Of a DNA stretch of 64,000 bases, positions 1 through 14,599 are shown one piece after another (position 1 is the first letter of the stretch; each line of letters begins with the position of its first letter). The stretch is from positions 7,456,001-7,520,000 of the forward strand of contig CP068257.2 in assembly GCA_009914755.4 (NCBI GenBank), read 5' to 3'. The translations under genes and the position numbers were made by a program. Below the pieces are notes generated by a model. The model was not told the origin of the DNA, did not search any database, and worked only from the letters and a program-made list of their open reading frames with translations. Source of the DNA: the human T2T-CHM13v2.0 reference genome, Homo sapiens.

Positions 1-3000
1 AAATTATAAAGACCATTGACACTATGAAAAATCTGCATCAACTAATGAGCAAAATAACCAGCTAGTATCATAATGACAGGATCAAATTCATACATAACAA
101 TATTAACCTTAAATGTAAATGAGCTAAATGCCCCCAATTGAAAGACACAAACTGGCAAATTGGATAAAGAGTCAAGACCCATCAATGTGCTGTACTCAGG
201 AGACCAATCTCATACACATAGGCTCAAAATAAAGGGATGGAGGAACATTTACCAAGCAAGTGGAAAGCAACAAAAGGCAGGGGTTGCAATCCTAGTTTCT
301 GATAAAACAGATCTTAAGCCAACAGAGATCAAAAGAGACAAAGAAGGGCACTACATAATGGTAAAGGGATCAATGCAACAAGAAGAGCTAACTATCCTAG
401 AGATATATGCACCCAATACAGGAGCACTCAGATTCATAAAGCAAGTTCTTAAAGACCTACAAAGAGACTTAGACTCCCACACAATAATAGTGGGAGACTT
501 TAACACTCCACTGTCAATATTAGATCAATGAGACAGAAAATTAACAAGAATATCCAGGACTTGAACTCAGTTCTGGACCAAGTGGACCTAAAAGATATCT
601 ACAGAACTCTCCACCCCAAATCAATAGAATATACCTTCTTCTCAGCACCACATTGCACTTATTCTAAAATTGACCACATAATTGGAAGTAAAACTCTCCT
701 CAGGAAATGCAAAAGAATGGAAATCATAACAAACAGTCTCTCAGACCACAATGCCTTCAAATTAGTATGCAGGATTAAGAAACTCACTCAAAACCTCACA
801 ACTACATGGAAACTGGGTAACCTGAACCTGAATGACTACTGGGTAAATAAAGAATTGAAGGCAGAAATAAAAATGTTCTTCGAAACCAATGAGAACAAAG
901 ACACAACGTCCCAGAATCTCTGGGACACATTTAAAGCAGTGTGTAGAGGGAAATTTATAGCACTAAATGTCCACAAGAGAAAGCAGGAAAGATCTAAAAT
1001 TGACACCTTAACATGAAAATTAAAAGAACTAGAGAAACAAGAACAAACAAATTCAAAAGCTAGCAGAAGACAAGACACAAATAAGATCAGAGCAGAATTG
1101 AAGGAGATAGAGACACGAAAAACCCTTCAAAAAATCAATGAATCCAGGAGCTGGTTTTTTGAAAAGATCAACAAATCAGACCACTAGCCAGACTAATAAA
1201 GAAGAAAAGAGAGAAGAATCAAATAGATGCAATAAAACATGATTAAGGGGATATCACCACTGATCCCACAGAAATACATATTATCATCAGAGAATACTAC
1301 CAAGACTAAACCAGGAAGAAGTGAAATTCCTGAATAGACCAATAACAAGTTCTGAAATTGAGGCATTAATTATAGCCTACCAACCAAAAAAATTCCAGGA
1401 CCAGATGGATTCACAGCCGAATTCTACTAGAGGTACAAAGAGGAGCTGGTACCATTCCTTCTGAAACTATTCCAAACAATAGAAAAAGAGAGAATCCTCC
1501 CTAATTCATTTTATGAGGTCAGCATCACCTTGATACCAAAACCTCGCAGGGACACAACCAAAAAAGAAAACTTTAGACCAATATCCCTGATGAACATTGA
1601 TGCAGAAATCCTGAATAAAATACTGGAAAACTGAATCCAGCAGCACATCAAAAAGCTTGTCCACCATGATCAAGTCGGCTTCACCCCTGGGATGCAAGGG
1701 TGGTTCAACATATGCAAATCAATAAATGTAATCCATCACATAAAGGGAACCAATGACAAAAACTGCATGATTATCTCAATAGATGCAGAAAGAGCCTTTG
1801 ACAAAATTCAACAACCTTTCATGCTAAAAACTCTCAATAAACTGGTATTGATGGAAAGTATCTCAAAATAATAAGTGCTATTTATGACAAACCCACAGCC
1901 AGTAACATACTGAATGTGCAAAAACTGGAAGCATTCCCTTTGAAAATCAGCACAAGACAAGGATACCCTCTCTCACTACTCCTATTCAACATAGTATTGG
2001 AAGTTCTGGCCAGGGCAATCAGGCAAGAGAAAGAAATAAAGGGTATTCAATTAGGAAAAGAGGAAGTCAAATGGTCTCTGTTTGCAGATGACATGATTGT
2101 ATATTTAGAAAACCCCATCATCTCAGCCCAAAATCTCCTTAAGCTGATAAGCAACTTCAGCAGTTTCAGGATACAAAATCAATGTGCAAAAATCACAAGC
2201 ATTCCTATACATCAATAACAGACAAACAGAGAGCCAAGCTGTGAGTGAACTCCCATTCACCATTGCTATAAAAAGAATGAGATACCTAGGAATACAACTT
2301 ACAAGGATGTGAAGGACCTCTTCAAGGAGAACTACAAACCACTCCTCAAGGAAATAAGAGAGGACACAAACAAATGGAAAATCATTCCATGCTCATAGAT
2401 AAGAAGAATCAGTATCGTGAAAGTGACCTACTGCCCAAAGTAATTTATAGATTCACTGCTATCCCCATGAAACTGCCATTGACTTTCTCCACGGAATTGG
2501 AAAAATGTACTTTAAATTTCATATGGAATCAAAAAAGAGCCCGAATAGCCAAGACAATCCTAACCAAAAAGAACAAAGCTGGAAGCATCATGCCACCTGA
2601 CTTCAAACTATACTACAAGCTATGGTAACCAAAACAGCATGGTACTGGTACGAAAACAGATATATAGATCAAAGGAACAGAACAGAGGCCTCAGAAATAG
2701 CACCACACATCTACAACCATCTGATCTTTGACAAACCTGAGAAAAACGAGCACTGGGGAAAGGATTCCCTATTTAATAAATGGTGTTGGGAAAACTGGCT
2801 AGCCATAGGAAGAAAGCTGAAACTGGATCCCTTCCTTACACCTTATACAAAAATTAACTCAAGATGGGTTAAAGACTTAAACATAAGACCTAAAGCCATA
2901 AAAACCGTAGAGGAAAACCTAGGCAATACCATTCAGGACATAGGCATGGGCAAAGACTTCATGACTAAAACACCAAAAACAAAGGCAACAAAAGCCAAAA

Positions 3001-4018
3001 TTGACAAATGGGACCTAATTAAACTAAAGAGTTTCTGGACAGCAAAAGAAACTATCAGAGTGAACGGGCAACCTACAAAATGGGAGAAAATTTTTGCAGT
3101 CTATCCATCTGACAAAGGGCTAATATCCAGAATCTACAAAGAACTTAAACAAATTTGCAAGATAAAACAACCCCATTGAAAAGTGGGCAAAGGATGTGAA
3201 CAGACACTTCTCAAAAGAGGACAATTATGCAACCAACAAACTTATAAAAAAGCTCATCATCACTAGTCATTAGAGAAATGCAAATCAAAACCACAATGAG
3301 ATACCATCTCATGCCAGTTAGAATGGCGAAAATTAAAAAGTCAGGAAACAACAAATACTTGAGAGAGTGTGGAGAAATAGGAAGGCTTTTACACTGTTGG
3401 TGGGAGTGTAAATTAGTTCAACCATTGTGGAAGACAGTGTGGCTATTCCTCAAGGATCTAGAACTAGAAATACCGTTTGGCCCAGCAATCCCATTACTGG
3501 GTATATACCCAAAGGATTATAAATCATTCTACTATAAAGACACATGCACATGTATGTTTATTGCAGGACTGTTCACAATAACAAAGACTTGAAACCAACC
3601 CAAATGCCCATCAATGATAGATTGAATAAAGAAAATGTGGCACATATACACCATGGAATACTATGCAGCCATAAAAAACGATGAGTTCATGTCCTTTGCA
3701 GGGACATGGAAGAAGCTGGAAACCATCATTCTCAGCAAACTAACACAAGAACAGAAAACCAAACACCACATGTTCTCACTCATAAGTGGGAGTTGAACAA
3801 TGAGAACACATGGACACAGGGAGGGGAACATCACACACTGGGGCCTGTTGGGGGGTGGGGGCAGGGAGAGGGATAGCATTAGGAGAAATGCCTAATATAG
3901 GTGATGGGTTGATGGGTGCAGCAAACCACTGCAGAATATATATACCTATGTAACAAACCTGCACGTTCTGCACATGTACCCCAGAACTTAAAGTATAATT
4001 TTAAAAAGTAGGTTAAAA
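1..4018 (+). mobile_element. L1 retrotransposon (L1PA-like), 5'-truncated at the window edge, running through ORF2 to the 3' end
   Basis: The sequence from pos 73 (atgacaggatcaaattca...) matches the L1 ORF2 start. ORF-track peptides 160-531, 528-1016, 1916-2218, 2374-2628, 2622-3179 and 3278-3592 are collinear endonuclease / RT / C-terminal ORF2 segments (e.g. ...ILEIYAPNTGA..., ...[12 protein letters not shown]..., ...[20 protein letters not shown]...). The 3' UTR ends near 4010 with a short A run. Confidence 0.9.
73..3790 (+). pseudogene. L1 ORF2 (endonuclease-reverse transcriptase) disrupted by multiple frameshifts and stops
   Basis: ORF2 homology is split over at least 6 ORF fragments in different frames. 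Small indels are visible relative to my memory of the L1 consensus. Confidence 0.8.
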
Positions 4019-5184
4019 AATTATTACAGACACAGTCTGATGCAAATCTTTGACTTGGCTAGCTTCAAGGCTCTTAAAAGATTCCTTATTAAAAATTTCC
4101 AACAAGGCCAATTTTAAGAAGCCTATATGGCCAATAAATATTCTTGCTGCCCTTTATGGAAATAATCAGGCCCGGTATGATAAGACTAAAACTTATTTTG
4201 CATACAAAATTGGTCCTACTATGATTTGTCTTTGATAAAATGATGGACTAGAGAGAAAATTTATGTTCCAAAAGAAAACTATGACATATGCTATTAGATT
4301 CCAACCCTGATCATTGTTTTAGAGTTTTTATTATTTGCCTATAATTTGGGCTGAATCCTGAATTATTTCCTGGCTCCAAGTGTTCCCTAGTGAATCTGAA
4401 TATAATATATTTTTTAAAACTTGTTTTATCCTGTCAGGAATGAGATGTATTTTTGAAGGACTACTTAAACTAGCAATTACAATTCGATTATTATGATTAT
4501 AGAATCTCGGGATTTCTCTTCCTTCTTGTCAAGGTCTTTACCTGATGTTTGTCTCATTAAAAAAAAAATGAGACTGATTACACTCTACTCAAGACTGAAG
4601 ACATGTACTTTAACCTGTCTCTGTTACCAGTAAACCAAAGCCTTAACTTTCAGAGTCTGTCAGGGACCCTGTGTGGTCCCTGGATCAACCACCCATGGGC
4701 TTATGAATGTGTTGACCGCTGGCATATGAGAAGTAATTGTCTATTAGTTTATGTGACTTTTCCTCTTTCTATTTATAACTCCAATGTTTCTGAACACTGA
4801 AGTAGTTCATCGAAATTACTTGACAGGATTAGACAAACCATACCTGCAAACCAAGGAGGTGAATTTTGGCCAATGTTTGGCAGAAGTCACTTGCAATGGT
4901 GGGGAGTAACCTCTCATGAACGTATAATTAGAAATCTGTCAACCACTCTAGGTAAATTAGCGAATGAACTAGCTGAAGCCATAGCTACCAAACAAAGATC
5001 TTTAGACGCTTTAGCCAGGATAGTCATCGATGACGGAATAACTTTAGGCTGCATAGTGGTGAAACAGGGAGAAACTTATATGGCAGCTAGCTAACACATC
5101 ATGTTGTGTTTAGATCCATACATCTTCTGAAGTTGAAACACATGTAAAAAAATAAGACGATATGAGAATTAATTATGACAAATC

Positions 5185-5725
5185 CTAGGGAAGAGGCTGA
5201 AAGAGCTGTAACACAAACAGGGCTGAGTCATGCCCCTTGCTTCCCACATTGTGGGCAAAGAGAAGGAAACAAGAGCTGTGACCCTTTGGGAAGCCCAGAC
5301 CTGGGAGCTCCCCGAGCCAGGGCTGTGATTCCCTCTTTGGGGCCCTGTGGTTCCTGGTATCTCCAAGCTTCCGGGTGCCACTGTGTTCCCAGTGTGCCAG
5401 CTGCGGAAGCTGCTTGCGGTGCCCGTGGTCCAGCCACAGACTTGTGGAGAGCTGGCACCCATGTTGGCACCTGGAGCTACCTGCCCCACTGCAGCAGCCA
5501 GGAAGTCTGACTGCACAGTGGCCAGACCCCATGCTTGCTCACACACCCCTTGCCACTCCACGCAGTCTCCCTTGGCAAACATGGGATCCAACCTGGTAGC
5601 ATGAGCTGAGCACAGCCTGCCAGGCTGAGTGGGCGGGGCCCAAGCAAAACTCAGGTAAAGGTGCCACCAGCCATAGAGGTTTCTGTCCAGAAAAGTGACA
5701 CTCCAAAGATCCCGTAACACCGCTA
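5185..5725 (+). repeat. LTR-like interspersed repeat (probable solo ERV LTR, family not identified); copy 1 of 2
   Basis: About 75% identical to the reverse complement of 22030-22560. It begins TGTAACAC and ends ...GTAACA (the TG...CA style of LTRs). A purine-rich tract (agggaagaggctgaaagag) sits immediately upstream. It is GC-rich. The ORFs on both strands give homologous peptides only because of the repeat homology. Confidence 0.4.
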
Positions 5726-6384
5726 CTCTTCCCAGCCTCTGGAAACTCTCAGTCTACTCTCCATCTTGATGAGTTCAATTGTTTTAATTTTTAGCTCCCA
5801 CAAATGTGTGAGAACATACAAAGTCTTTCTGTGCCTGGCTCATTGTACTTAACATAATGTTCCCTAGTTCCATCCACGTTGTTGCAAGTGACAGAATCTT
5901 ATTCTTTTTCATGGCTGAAGAGTACTCCATTGTGTACATGTACTACATTTTCTTTATCCCTTCATCTGTTGATGCACACTTAGGTTGCTTCCAAATCTTG
6001 GCTATTATGAATAGTGCTGAAATAAATATGGGAATGCAGATATCTCGTTCATATACTAATTTTCCCTCCCTTGGGTATATACCCAGCAGTGGGATTGCTG
6101 TATCATATGATAGTTCTATTTTTAATTTTTTGAGGGACCTCCATATTGTTCTCCATAGTGAATGTACTAATTTACATTCCCACCAACAGAGTAAGAGGGT
6201 TCTCTTTTCCCTACATTCTTGCAAGCATTTGTTATTGCCTGTCTTTTGCATAAAAGCCATTTTAATGGGGGTAAGATGATATCTTATTGTAGTTTTGATT
6301 TGAATTTCTCTGATGATCAGTGATATTGAGCATCTTTTCATATACCTATTTGACATTTATATATCTTCTTTTTTGTTTTTGCTC

Positions 6385-6658
6385 ATTTTTTGAGACAGTG
6401 TCTCACTCTGTCACCCAGGCTGGAGTGCAGTGGTATAATGATGGCTTACTGTAGTTATGACTACCAGGGTTCAAGCAATCCTCCCACCTCAGCCTCCTGA
6501 GTAGCTGGGACCACAGGCATGCATCACCATGCCCAGGTAGGTTTTAAAATTATTTGCTATGTTTTTCAGGTTGGTCTTGAACTCCTGGGCTCAAGTGGTC
6601 CAACTGTCTTGGCTCCCCAAAATGCTGGAATTACAGGTGTGAGCCACTGCACCTGACC
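6385..6658 (-). mobile_element. Alu (minus orientation)
   Basis: Reverse-complement Alu signature gagacagtgtctcactctgtcacccaggctggagtgcagtgg ... through to ggtgtgagccactgcacctgacc. Confidence 0.85.
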
Positions 6659-7085
6659 TGCATGCCTTCTTTTGAGAAATGTCTGTTCAGATTTTTTGCC
6701 CATTTAAATAATTGGATTATTAGTTTTTTTCTTATAGAGTTGTTTGAACTCCTTATATATTCTGGTTATTAATCCCTTGTCAGATATATAGTTTGCAAAT
6801 ATTTTCTTCCATTCTGTGGATTGTCTTTTCACTTTGTCCATTGTTTTCTTTACTATGCAGAAACTTTTGAACTTCATGTGATACCATTTGTTCATTTTTG
6901 CTTTGGTTGCCTGAGCTTTTGGAGTAATTACTCAAGAAATCTGTGCCCAGACCAATTTCCTGGAGAGTTTCCCTAATGTTTTCTTTCAGTAGTTTCTTGT
7001 CCTTGATTTAAGTCTTTAACCCATTTGGATTGGATTTTTGTATATAGCACAAGAGAGAGTTCTAGTTTAATTATTCTGCCAATGA

Positions 7086-7342
7086 CTTTGGGAGGCTGAG
7101 TTGGGCAGATCATGAGGGCAGGATATCAAGAACATCCTGGCTAACACGGTGAAACTCCGTCTCTACTAAAAATACAAAAAAAAATAGCTGGGCATGGTGG
7201 GGGCACTTGTACTCCCAGCTACTTGGGAGGCTGAGGAGGAGAATGGTGTGAACCCGGGAGGTGGAACTTGCAGTGAGCCCCGATCGTGCCACTGCACTGC
7301 AGCCAGAGCAACAGAGTTAGACTCCATCTCAAAAAAAAAAAA
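7086..7342 (+). mobile_element. Alu, 5'-truncated, with poly-A and a 13-bp target-site duplication
   Basis: It starts at ctttgggaggctgag and ends in A12. ATTCTGCCAATGA is present at 7073-7085 and again at 7342-7354, flanking the insert. The element is inserted into the old minus-strand L1. Confidence 0.85.
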
Positions 7343-8622
7343 TTCTGCCAATGAATATCTAGTTTTCCCAGCACAATTTGGTGAAGAGACTGTCCTCTCC
7401 CCCATGTATATTCTTGGCACCTTCATTGAAAATGAGTTAGTTGTAAATGTAAGGATTTATTTCTGGGTTCTCTATTCTGTTCCATTGGTCTATGTGTCTG
7501 TTTTATGCCAGTATCATGCTGTTTAGCTTACAATTGCTCTGTAGTATAATTTAACGTCAGGTGATGTGATTCTTCCAGTTTTGTTCTTTTTGCTATGGAT
7601 GGCTTTGGGTATTCTGGGTCTTTTATGATTTCATATAAATTTTAGGATTTTTTTTCTGTTTCTGTGAAGAATGTTATTAGTATTTCAATAGGGATTGCAT
7701 TGGGTCTGTAGATTGCTTTGTGAAGTATGTGTATTTTAACAATATTTACTCTTCCAATCAATGAACATGGACTATCTTTCAATTTTTTTTTTTTTGGTGT
7801 CTTCTTTAATTTTTTTGCATTGGTGTTCTATAGTTTTCATCGTAGAGATCTTTCACTTCTTTTGTTACATTTATTCCTAGATATTTTATTTTATTTGTAG
7901 CTATTGTAAATGGGATTACGTTCTTGATTTTCTTCTTTAGATTGTTCAGTTTTGGCATTTAGAAATGTTACTGATTTTTGCATTTTGATTTTGTATCGTG
8001 TGACTCTGAATTTGTTGATCAGTTCTGATAGTTTTTTGGTGGAGTTCTTAGGTTTTTCCAAATATAAGATCAAATCACCTGCAAACAAGAAAACAATAAT
8101 AATTTTACTTCTTTCAATTTGGATGCCCTTTACCGTTTTTCAATTTTCTTGATTGCTCTAGCTAGGACTTCCAGTACTATGTTGAGTAACATTGTTGGAA
8201 GTGGACATTCTTGCCTTGTTCCAGATCTTAGAAGAAAGGCTTTCAGGTTATCTCTGTTCAGAATGATACTGGCTGAGGGTTTGTTGCATATGGTTTTTAT
8301 TGTGTTGTGGTATGTTCCTTCTAAATCTAGTTTTTTTGGGGGTTTCTTTTTATCACAGGGAAGTTGGATTTTATTAAATGCTTTTCAGCATCAATTGAAA
8401 TTACCATATGTTTTTTGTCCTTCATTCTGTTGATATGATGTGTCACATTGATTGATTTGCATATGTTGAACCATGTTGGCATCCTTGGGATGAATCCCAC
8501 TTAGACACGATGAATGGTCTTTTTCATAGAATGATTTTGGAAATATTACAGACTTCTCTGTTTTTTGGAATAGTTTGAGTAGGATTGATAGTAATTCTTC
8601 CTTCAGTGTTTGGTAAAATTAA

Positions 8623-9036
<414 letters not shown>

Positions 9037-9469
9037 TACTTGCAGGCTTTTCAATTTATTGGAATATAGTTGGTCATAATAGTTTCTAATGATTACTTGA
9101 ATTTCTGCAGTATCAGTTGCAGTGTCTCCTTTTTAATCTCTGGTTTTATGTATTTGAGTCTTCTCTCTTTTCTCTTAGTCTGGCTAAATGTTTGTTGATT
9201 TTGTTGATCTTTTAAAAAAATATTAACTTTTCATTTCATTGATATTTTATATTTTTAAATTTCAATTTCATTTATTTCTGCTCTGATCGTTGTTATGTTT
9301 CCTTCTACTAATTTTGGTTTTGGTTTGCTCTTGCTTTTCTAACTATTTAAGATGCATTATTAGGTTGTTTATTTGAAGTTTTTCTACTTTCTTTGATGTA
9401 GGTGCTTTTTGCTATAAACTTACTCCTTAGTACTGTTTTTACTGTATCCCATAGGTTTGTTTTTTGTTT

Positions 9470-9775
9470 TTTTGTTTTTGTTTATTTTTGGAGACAGACT
9501 CTCTCTCTGTTGCCCAGGCTGGAGTGCAGTGGTGCAATCTTGGCTTACTACAAGCTCTGCCTTCTGGGTTCATGCCATTCTCCTGCCTCAGCCGAGTAGC
9601 TGGGACTACAGGTGCCCACCACCATGCCCAGCTAATTTTTGGTTTTTGTATTTTTAGTAGAGACGGGGTTTCACCGTGTTAGCCAGGATGGTCTCGATCT
9701 CCTGACCTTGTGATCCACCCAACTCGGCCTCCCAAAGTGCTGGGATTACAGGCATGAGCCACGGCGCCTGGCCTG
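9470..9775 (-). mobile_element. Alu (minus)
   Basis: ggagacagactctctctctgttgcccaggctggagtgcagtgg ... through to ggcatgagccacggcgcctggcc. Confidence 0.85.
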
Positions 9776-9929
9776 TATCCAATAGGTTTTGTTTTGACTT
9801 TAAAGTTTTTCTCTTCTCAAAAACTCAGTGTCATGTTACTGGCTTCTAGAGCTTTGGGCAGTGAGACCCTTTTACGTGATAACAGTGGTAGCTGGGACAA
9901 CTTGGCAATGTAAATAAATAAACGGCATC

Positions 9930-10200
9930 TAGATTGGAAAGGAAGAAGTACAGTTATCTTTATGTACAGATGACATGATCTTGCATTTAGAAAATCATAA
10001 GAAATTTACTAAAAAGTGTTAGGACTCATGAACAAATTTTGGAATGTAACACTATATAAGATTGGTATACAAAAATAACTGTATTTCTTTACCAAGAAAT
10101 CAAGAATCCAAAAATGGGATTACAAAAATAAATCTTGTTACAATATAATTAAAGCTGGGGTAACTTTAACATAAGAAGCTTAAACTTGAACACTAAAAAC
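9930..10200 (+). mobile_element. Short old L1 ORF2 fragment in plus orientation
   Basis: It translates to an ...EVQLSLCTDDMILHLENHKKFTKKC...-like segment (the FADDMILY region of ORF2). It is inverted relative to the adjacent minus-strand L1. Confidence 0.5.
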
Positions 10201-10949
10201 TACAATGCATGGTTAGTGTTGGAAACACCCAGGTACCATCCCTGAGCCTTCTCTCCTTGGCTCTGAGGACTTTACCTTCACGGGGTGAGGAAAGGGTTTG
10301 CATTCTTGGCTTTTACGTTATAGTAGGTGGGTTCGGGGTGAGGTATCTGCAAGTCAAATGAGTATTACAATCTCTACTTTTATGTATAGGAGACTGGGGC
10401 CCACAAAGAGAGGGAATGACAATCCATATCCTGGAAGGCGAATTGTCAGGCACTGATTTCCCCTATGTAAACCCTGCCAATCATCGTGTATTTAAAGGAT
10501 CCCCGGATACCTTACCAATAGGTGTTCAAGAGAGAGGACTGTAATCTAGGTGTCTGAGAAAGCAAGGCTAGAGATTCCAATATTGGAGACAACAGGGCTC
10601 TGGGAAGATTAAGGTTGAGTTTTCTGGATCTGCAGAATAGAGTCACTGAGGAGCAATTGCAAGTTCAGAGGAGATGAAAGAACAAGTCAGGGCATGCTTA
10701 GGAAAAGAGAAAACCAGGGATAGATTTTAGGCAAGAGTCACACTGAGGAAGGGCAGGTTCTTGGCGTCGCTCAGGAAGGAATCCAAAAGCAAGCCTGTGG
10801 TGGAATAAAGCAGCTCTATGGAGGCATTGGCGGTGTTACAGCCCTGCGTCCGCTCCTGCAGGGCAGGGAGCCCTCTGTGGGTTGTGCTCCCAGAGTAGCA
10901 GCCTAGGGGTGGCTTGTAGTCATTTTTATAATTCACTTTTAATGACATG

Positions 10950-11230
10950 CTAATTAAGGGGCGGGTTACTCAGAAATAGCTAGAAATGGGCAGTAACTTC
11001 CAGCTGTTTCCATGGCAAGGGGTGGGGACTTCCTGTGTTGCCATGGCACTGGCAAACTGTCATGGCGCTGGTGGGAGCATCTTCTGGTTATCTGAGGCGT
11101 GAAGTGCTTTCGCTGCCTCTCCCAGTTTCCTCTGTGCCTCTTACCTGAAAGCCCTTCACACCCCCATCTACCCACCTACAAAGTTCACTGCCCTTTCACC
11201 CCACACCCGTTTCACACGCACTCCCACATC
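10950..11230. repeat. Possible ERV LTR-derived segment
   Basis: Repeated motifs ccatggcaag / gccatggcactggcaaactgtcatggcgctgg resemble HERV LTR internal repeats. Weak evidence, from memory only. Confidence 0.2.
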
Positions 11231-11709
11231 AACCCCAAGCATTCAAGCTGGCAATTTCCCTGTTAGGAACCTCGGTGGTAGCCGGAGCTCTGAAAAACCC
11301 CTAGGCAGAACTCCTTGCCTAGTTTGTGGCAGAAATCAGGGAAGGAAAGGCAAAGTTCAGGTATTTCGCACAATAAATAAATAAAGATAGGTAGATTTGA
11401 CTGATGGATGGATGGATGAAACGTGGGAGTTTATGGGCAAATGTTCATCAGACACTGGAAGTGTAAGTTGTCACAAAGATTATGGAGTGCACTTGTCTTA
11501 TGACCCTGTTATTTTATCCTAGTATATACACTAGAGCAATTTTTTCTAACTGTGTAAATTGAAAGCTCACAAATTAGCTTCGTGAGAGAAAAGATAACAG
11601 ATTGGAAGAGAATTACCATATTCATTAGTTGTGTTTTTAAAAATTTAAAGTAAAATAGAGACATGATTTTTTTCATGCTTTCGAATGCATCTATAAAAAA
11701 TAGACTTGA

Positions 11710-12146
<437 letters not shown>

Positions 12147-12289
12147 TTAAGTCCGGGTCTCCAGGTAACTGGACTCACTGCTGGGCAAAACAGAATGTCT
12201 GGCGTGCGTTCCTAACGGGGGACCGCAGAGCCTCATAGGAAATGTAGTGTCACCTTCCAATGATGTTTACCATCAAGGACCTTGGGAAC

Positions 12290-12730
12290 CAGGTTTTCTC
12301 TCTACGCATGTGCCACCCCGCCCACTTCGCCATTTTCCTCCGGAAGTGCGGATCCCAGCGGTGGTCGTGTAGCTGAGCAGGCCTGGGGCTTGGTTCTATG
12401 TCCCTGTGGGTAGGTGCGAGGGCGAGGAGGAACCTGTGGGCCTCGGGGGATCCCGGGGGTCCAGACCAGTGTTCCCCATTTGTGGGGGCAGACGCGTGGG
12501 CGCATCGCGGGCAGGAGGGGCCTGACGTGCATTTGCGGGCCGTGGACCCTGGCGGGGGCTGGGAGGACAGACGTGGGGTCCCAGCAGTGAAGCGGGTTCC
12601 AGAGGCGCAGGAGTGGGTAGGCGAGGCTGGTGGCCCTGGGCCCGGAGTCTGCAGGCCGCGCTCCTGTCCTGCCGCTGAGGGACCCGGTTACCAACCCTCA
12701 TGTAGCTCAGTTTGCCCATCTGTCCCCGTG
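12290..12730. promoter_or_regulatory. CpG island (candidate promoter) with a YY1-like CGCCATTTT core adjacent to an ETS-like CCGGAAGT motif
   Basis: About 29 CpG dinucleotides in 400 bp, GC about 68%, observed/expected CpG roughly 0.6. cgccattttcctccggaagtgcg is at about 12328-12350. The rest of the window is strongly CpG-depleted. Confidence 0.55.
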
Positions 12731-14540
12731 CTAACACACAGTTCTCGGGAGACGTTCCCCATTCCCAGAGGAGTAGTGCGAAATGCGTGTGCCTCTAGTC
12801 TTAAGCTGGGCGTTTGTATTAGTTGGGTTTCCTGGTGTCTATTTAGCAAGTGAAGTTTCTGGTTCCCTCCTTCACTGTGTGACCTGCCTAGTCCTCCTGG
12901 ATTGCATTTATGGAAGTTTATAGAGACCTAGTTTCCATGGAGGAACTCACTGATTCCGCCAGGGAGATGGGGTACTGGATGATGGTCTTCAGCCTTAAGG
13001 GTACTTCAGTCTTAACTGTGTGTTATAAAGTTTGAAAGGGAGGGTTCCCTAAGAATAAGAAGCGCACTTGAAAGAACAGCCCTGTGGTCTAACCTCTCAC
13101 TGGTGCTTCAGAGGAGGATAAAAGGTCGCAGGTGAAGATCCCAGTTTTCCTCGCTCAGGAAATATTAATTCTACTCCCTGGAATGCACAAGATTTGCAAA
13201 GACTAGGTGATAGTGGAAGGTTTGGAAGAACTTTCAGAAGGTTGAGGTGAATTCAGCTGAGAAGAACAGGCAAGGACCTAGGAAATATTCCTTATTTGAA
13301 GGGGCCTGAAAGTGTGGTCTGGGGTGCAGGAGTGACCTGTCATACTTGAAAAGATTGAAATACTCTCCAAATACAGTCCCATTCCTTCAAACTTACCTTG
13401 TTGTTTCCAGTGTCTGAGATATATTAAACCTAGTCCATCACCAAATATAGCATAGATTGTGAAGTTCTATTGGTTGCATTTGATTTGTAATTTAAGACTT
13501 TCTCCCCCTACATAATTTCGTTAAAAACATTGAATTCTATTCACTTAGGTGTAACAGTTAATATTTGCTGTTTAAGGAACTAATTAAACCTTACTAGCTT
13601 ATAAAAAACAACCACCATTTTATTTGTTTGAAGTTCTGTGGATCTGCATTTTGGTGTGGTGGGTTCAGCTGTGTAGTTGATATATTTGTGTTGCCTGGAT
13701 CACAAAACAGGCCTTAGTCACCTGGTGTCTTGACTGAGCCTGGTTGGTTTAAGATAGTTTCCTTCACAATCTGGTGGTTTGTGGTGACTCTTGGCTAGGC
13801 CCTGTGTCTCCAACAGGGTAGCTCCAGACCTCTTCACAATATGACTGTGTCCAAAAAGGCAAGAACCAATGGATATTTGCATCACATTTTCCATTGTCCA
13901 TTCACTGGACAAGTCAGATGGAAAAGCCCAATTTATTGTCAGAGCATAATATGAGGGCTTGGATACAGGGAAAGATGTTATTGGGAAACATGAGTAGAAT
14001 CGTGTACTGTAGGAAATACATATTATGTACATTTTAAAAAACGTAGGCCAAAATTGCTGGGTTGCAAGATGCACTTTCCATGATGTTGAGGTATAGAAAA
14101 GCAAGATGTACTGTCATGGGAATACTCATATGAAGTTATTTGTGGAATCCACATATTAATAGGAAAATGGTTAATACAGCCCAGTATATTTCTATAACAT
14201 TTATTTTAGTGAACTTATAATGTTTCTTTGTATTAAATTATTAGATTATATCTTTAGGTAATATTGTTGCTAAATTAGTAGGTAATACATATTTTTATTC
14301 AAAAATAAATTGTGCATCTAATGTCTACCAATTAATGTACTTGTAGATGTATCTTATCTTAACTTGAGTCTTTGCTGCCACTAATGAGGTGTGAAGGACT
14401 CTTCTCCCATGGGGAAGTTTTTCTTTTTCCGGAGGGAGGAGGGCTTTTCCAGGTAATGTGTCTAGAGTGTTGGGCAGAAGAATCTGGGACCACACCTCAC
14501 CAGTTCTCTCCTTAATCGACGTCATTTGCCTTCTCTTCCA

Positions 14541-14599
14541 GCTATGTTTCCAGTGTCCTCTGGGTGTTTCCAAGAGCAACAAGAAACGAATAAATCTCT
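14541..14599 (+). CDS. Candidate 59-nt internal/first-coding exon with an ATG (MFPVSSGCFQEQQETNKSL), 1.8 kb downstream of the CpG island
   Basis: Strong acceptor (tttgccttctcttccag|CT) and consensus donor (CTG|gtgagt). ATG at 14544 with an open frame to the donor. I do not recognise the gene. Confidence 0.25.

Noticed and set aside
160-3592. Six sizeable plus-strand ORFs at the window start that could be read as separate genes
   Set aside because: They are collinear fragments of one L1 ORF2 broken by frameshifts. I report them as a single L1 pseudogene.
5169-5720. Five overlapping ORFs (74-183 aa) on both strands in a GC-rich block, mirrored by similar ORFs at 22023-22513
   Set aside because: Both loci are copies of the same LTR-like repeat. 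The peptide similarity is just nucleotide homology of a non-coding repeat. Open frames are expected in GC-rich sequence.
13718-14104. A 128-aa minus-strand ORF in unique sequence
   Set aside because: AT-rich, with no motif and no start or splice context. It is consistent with a random ORF.
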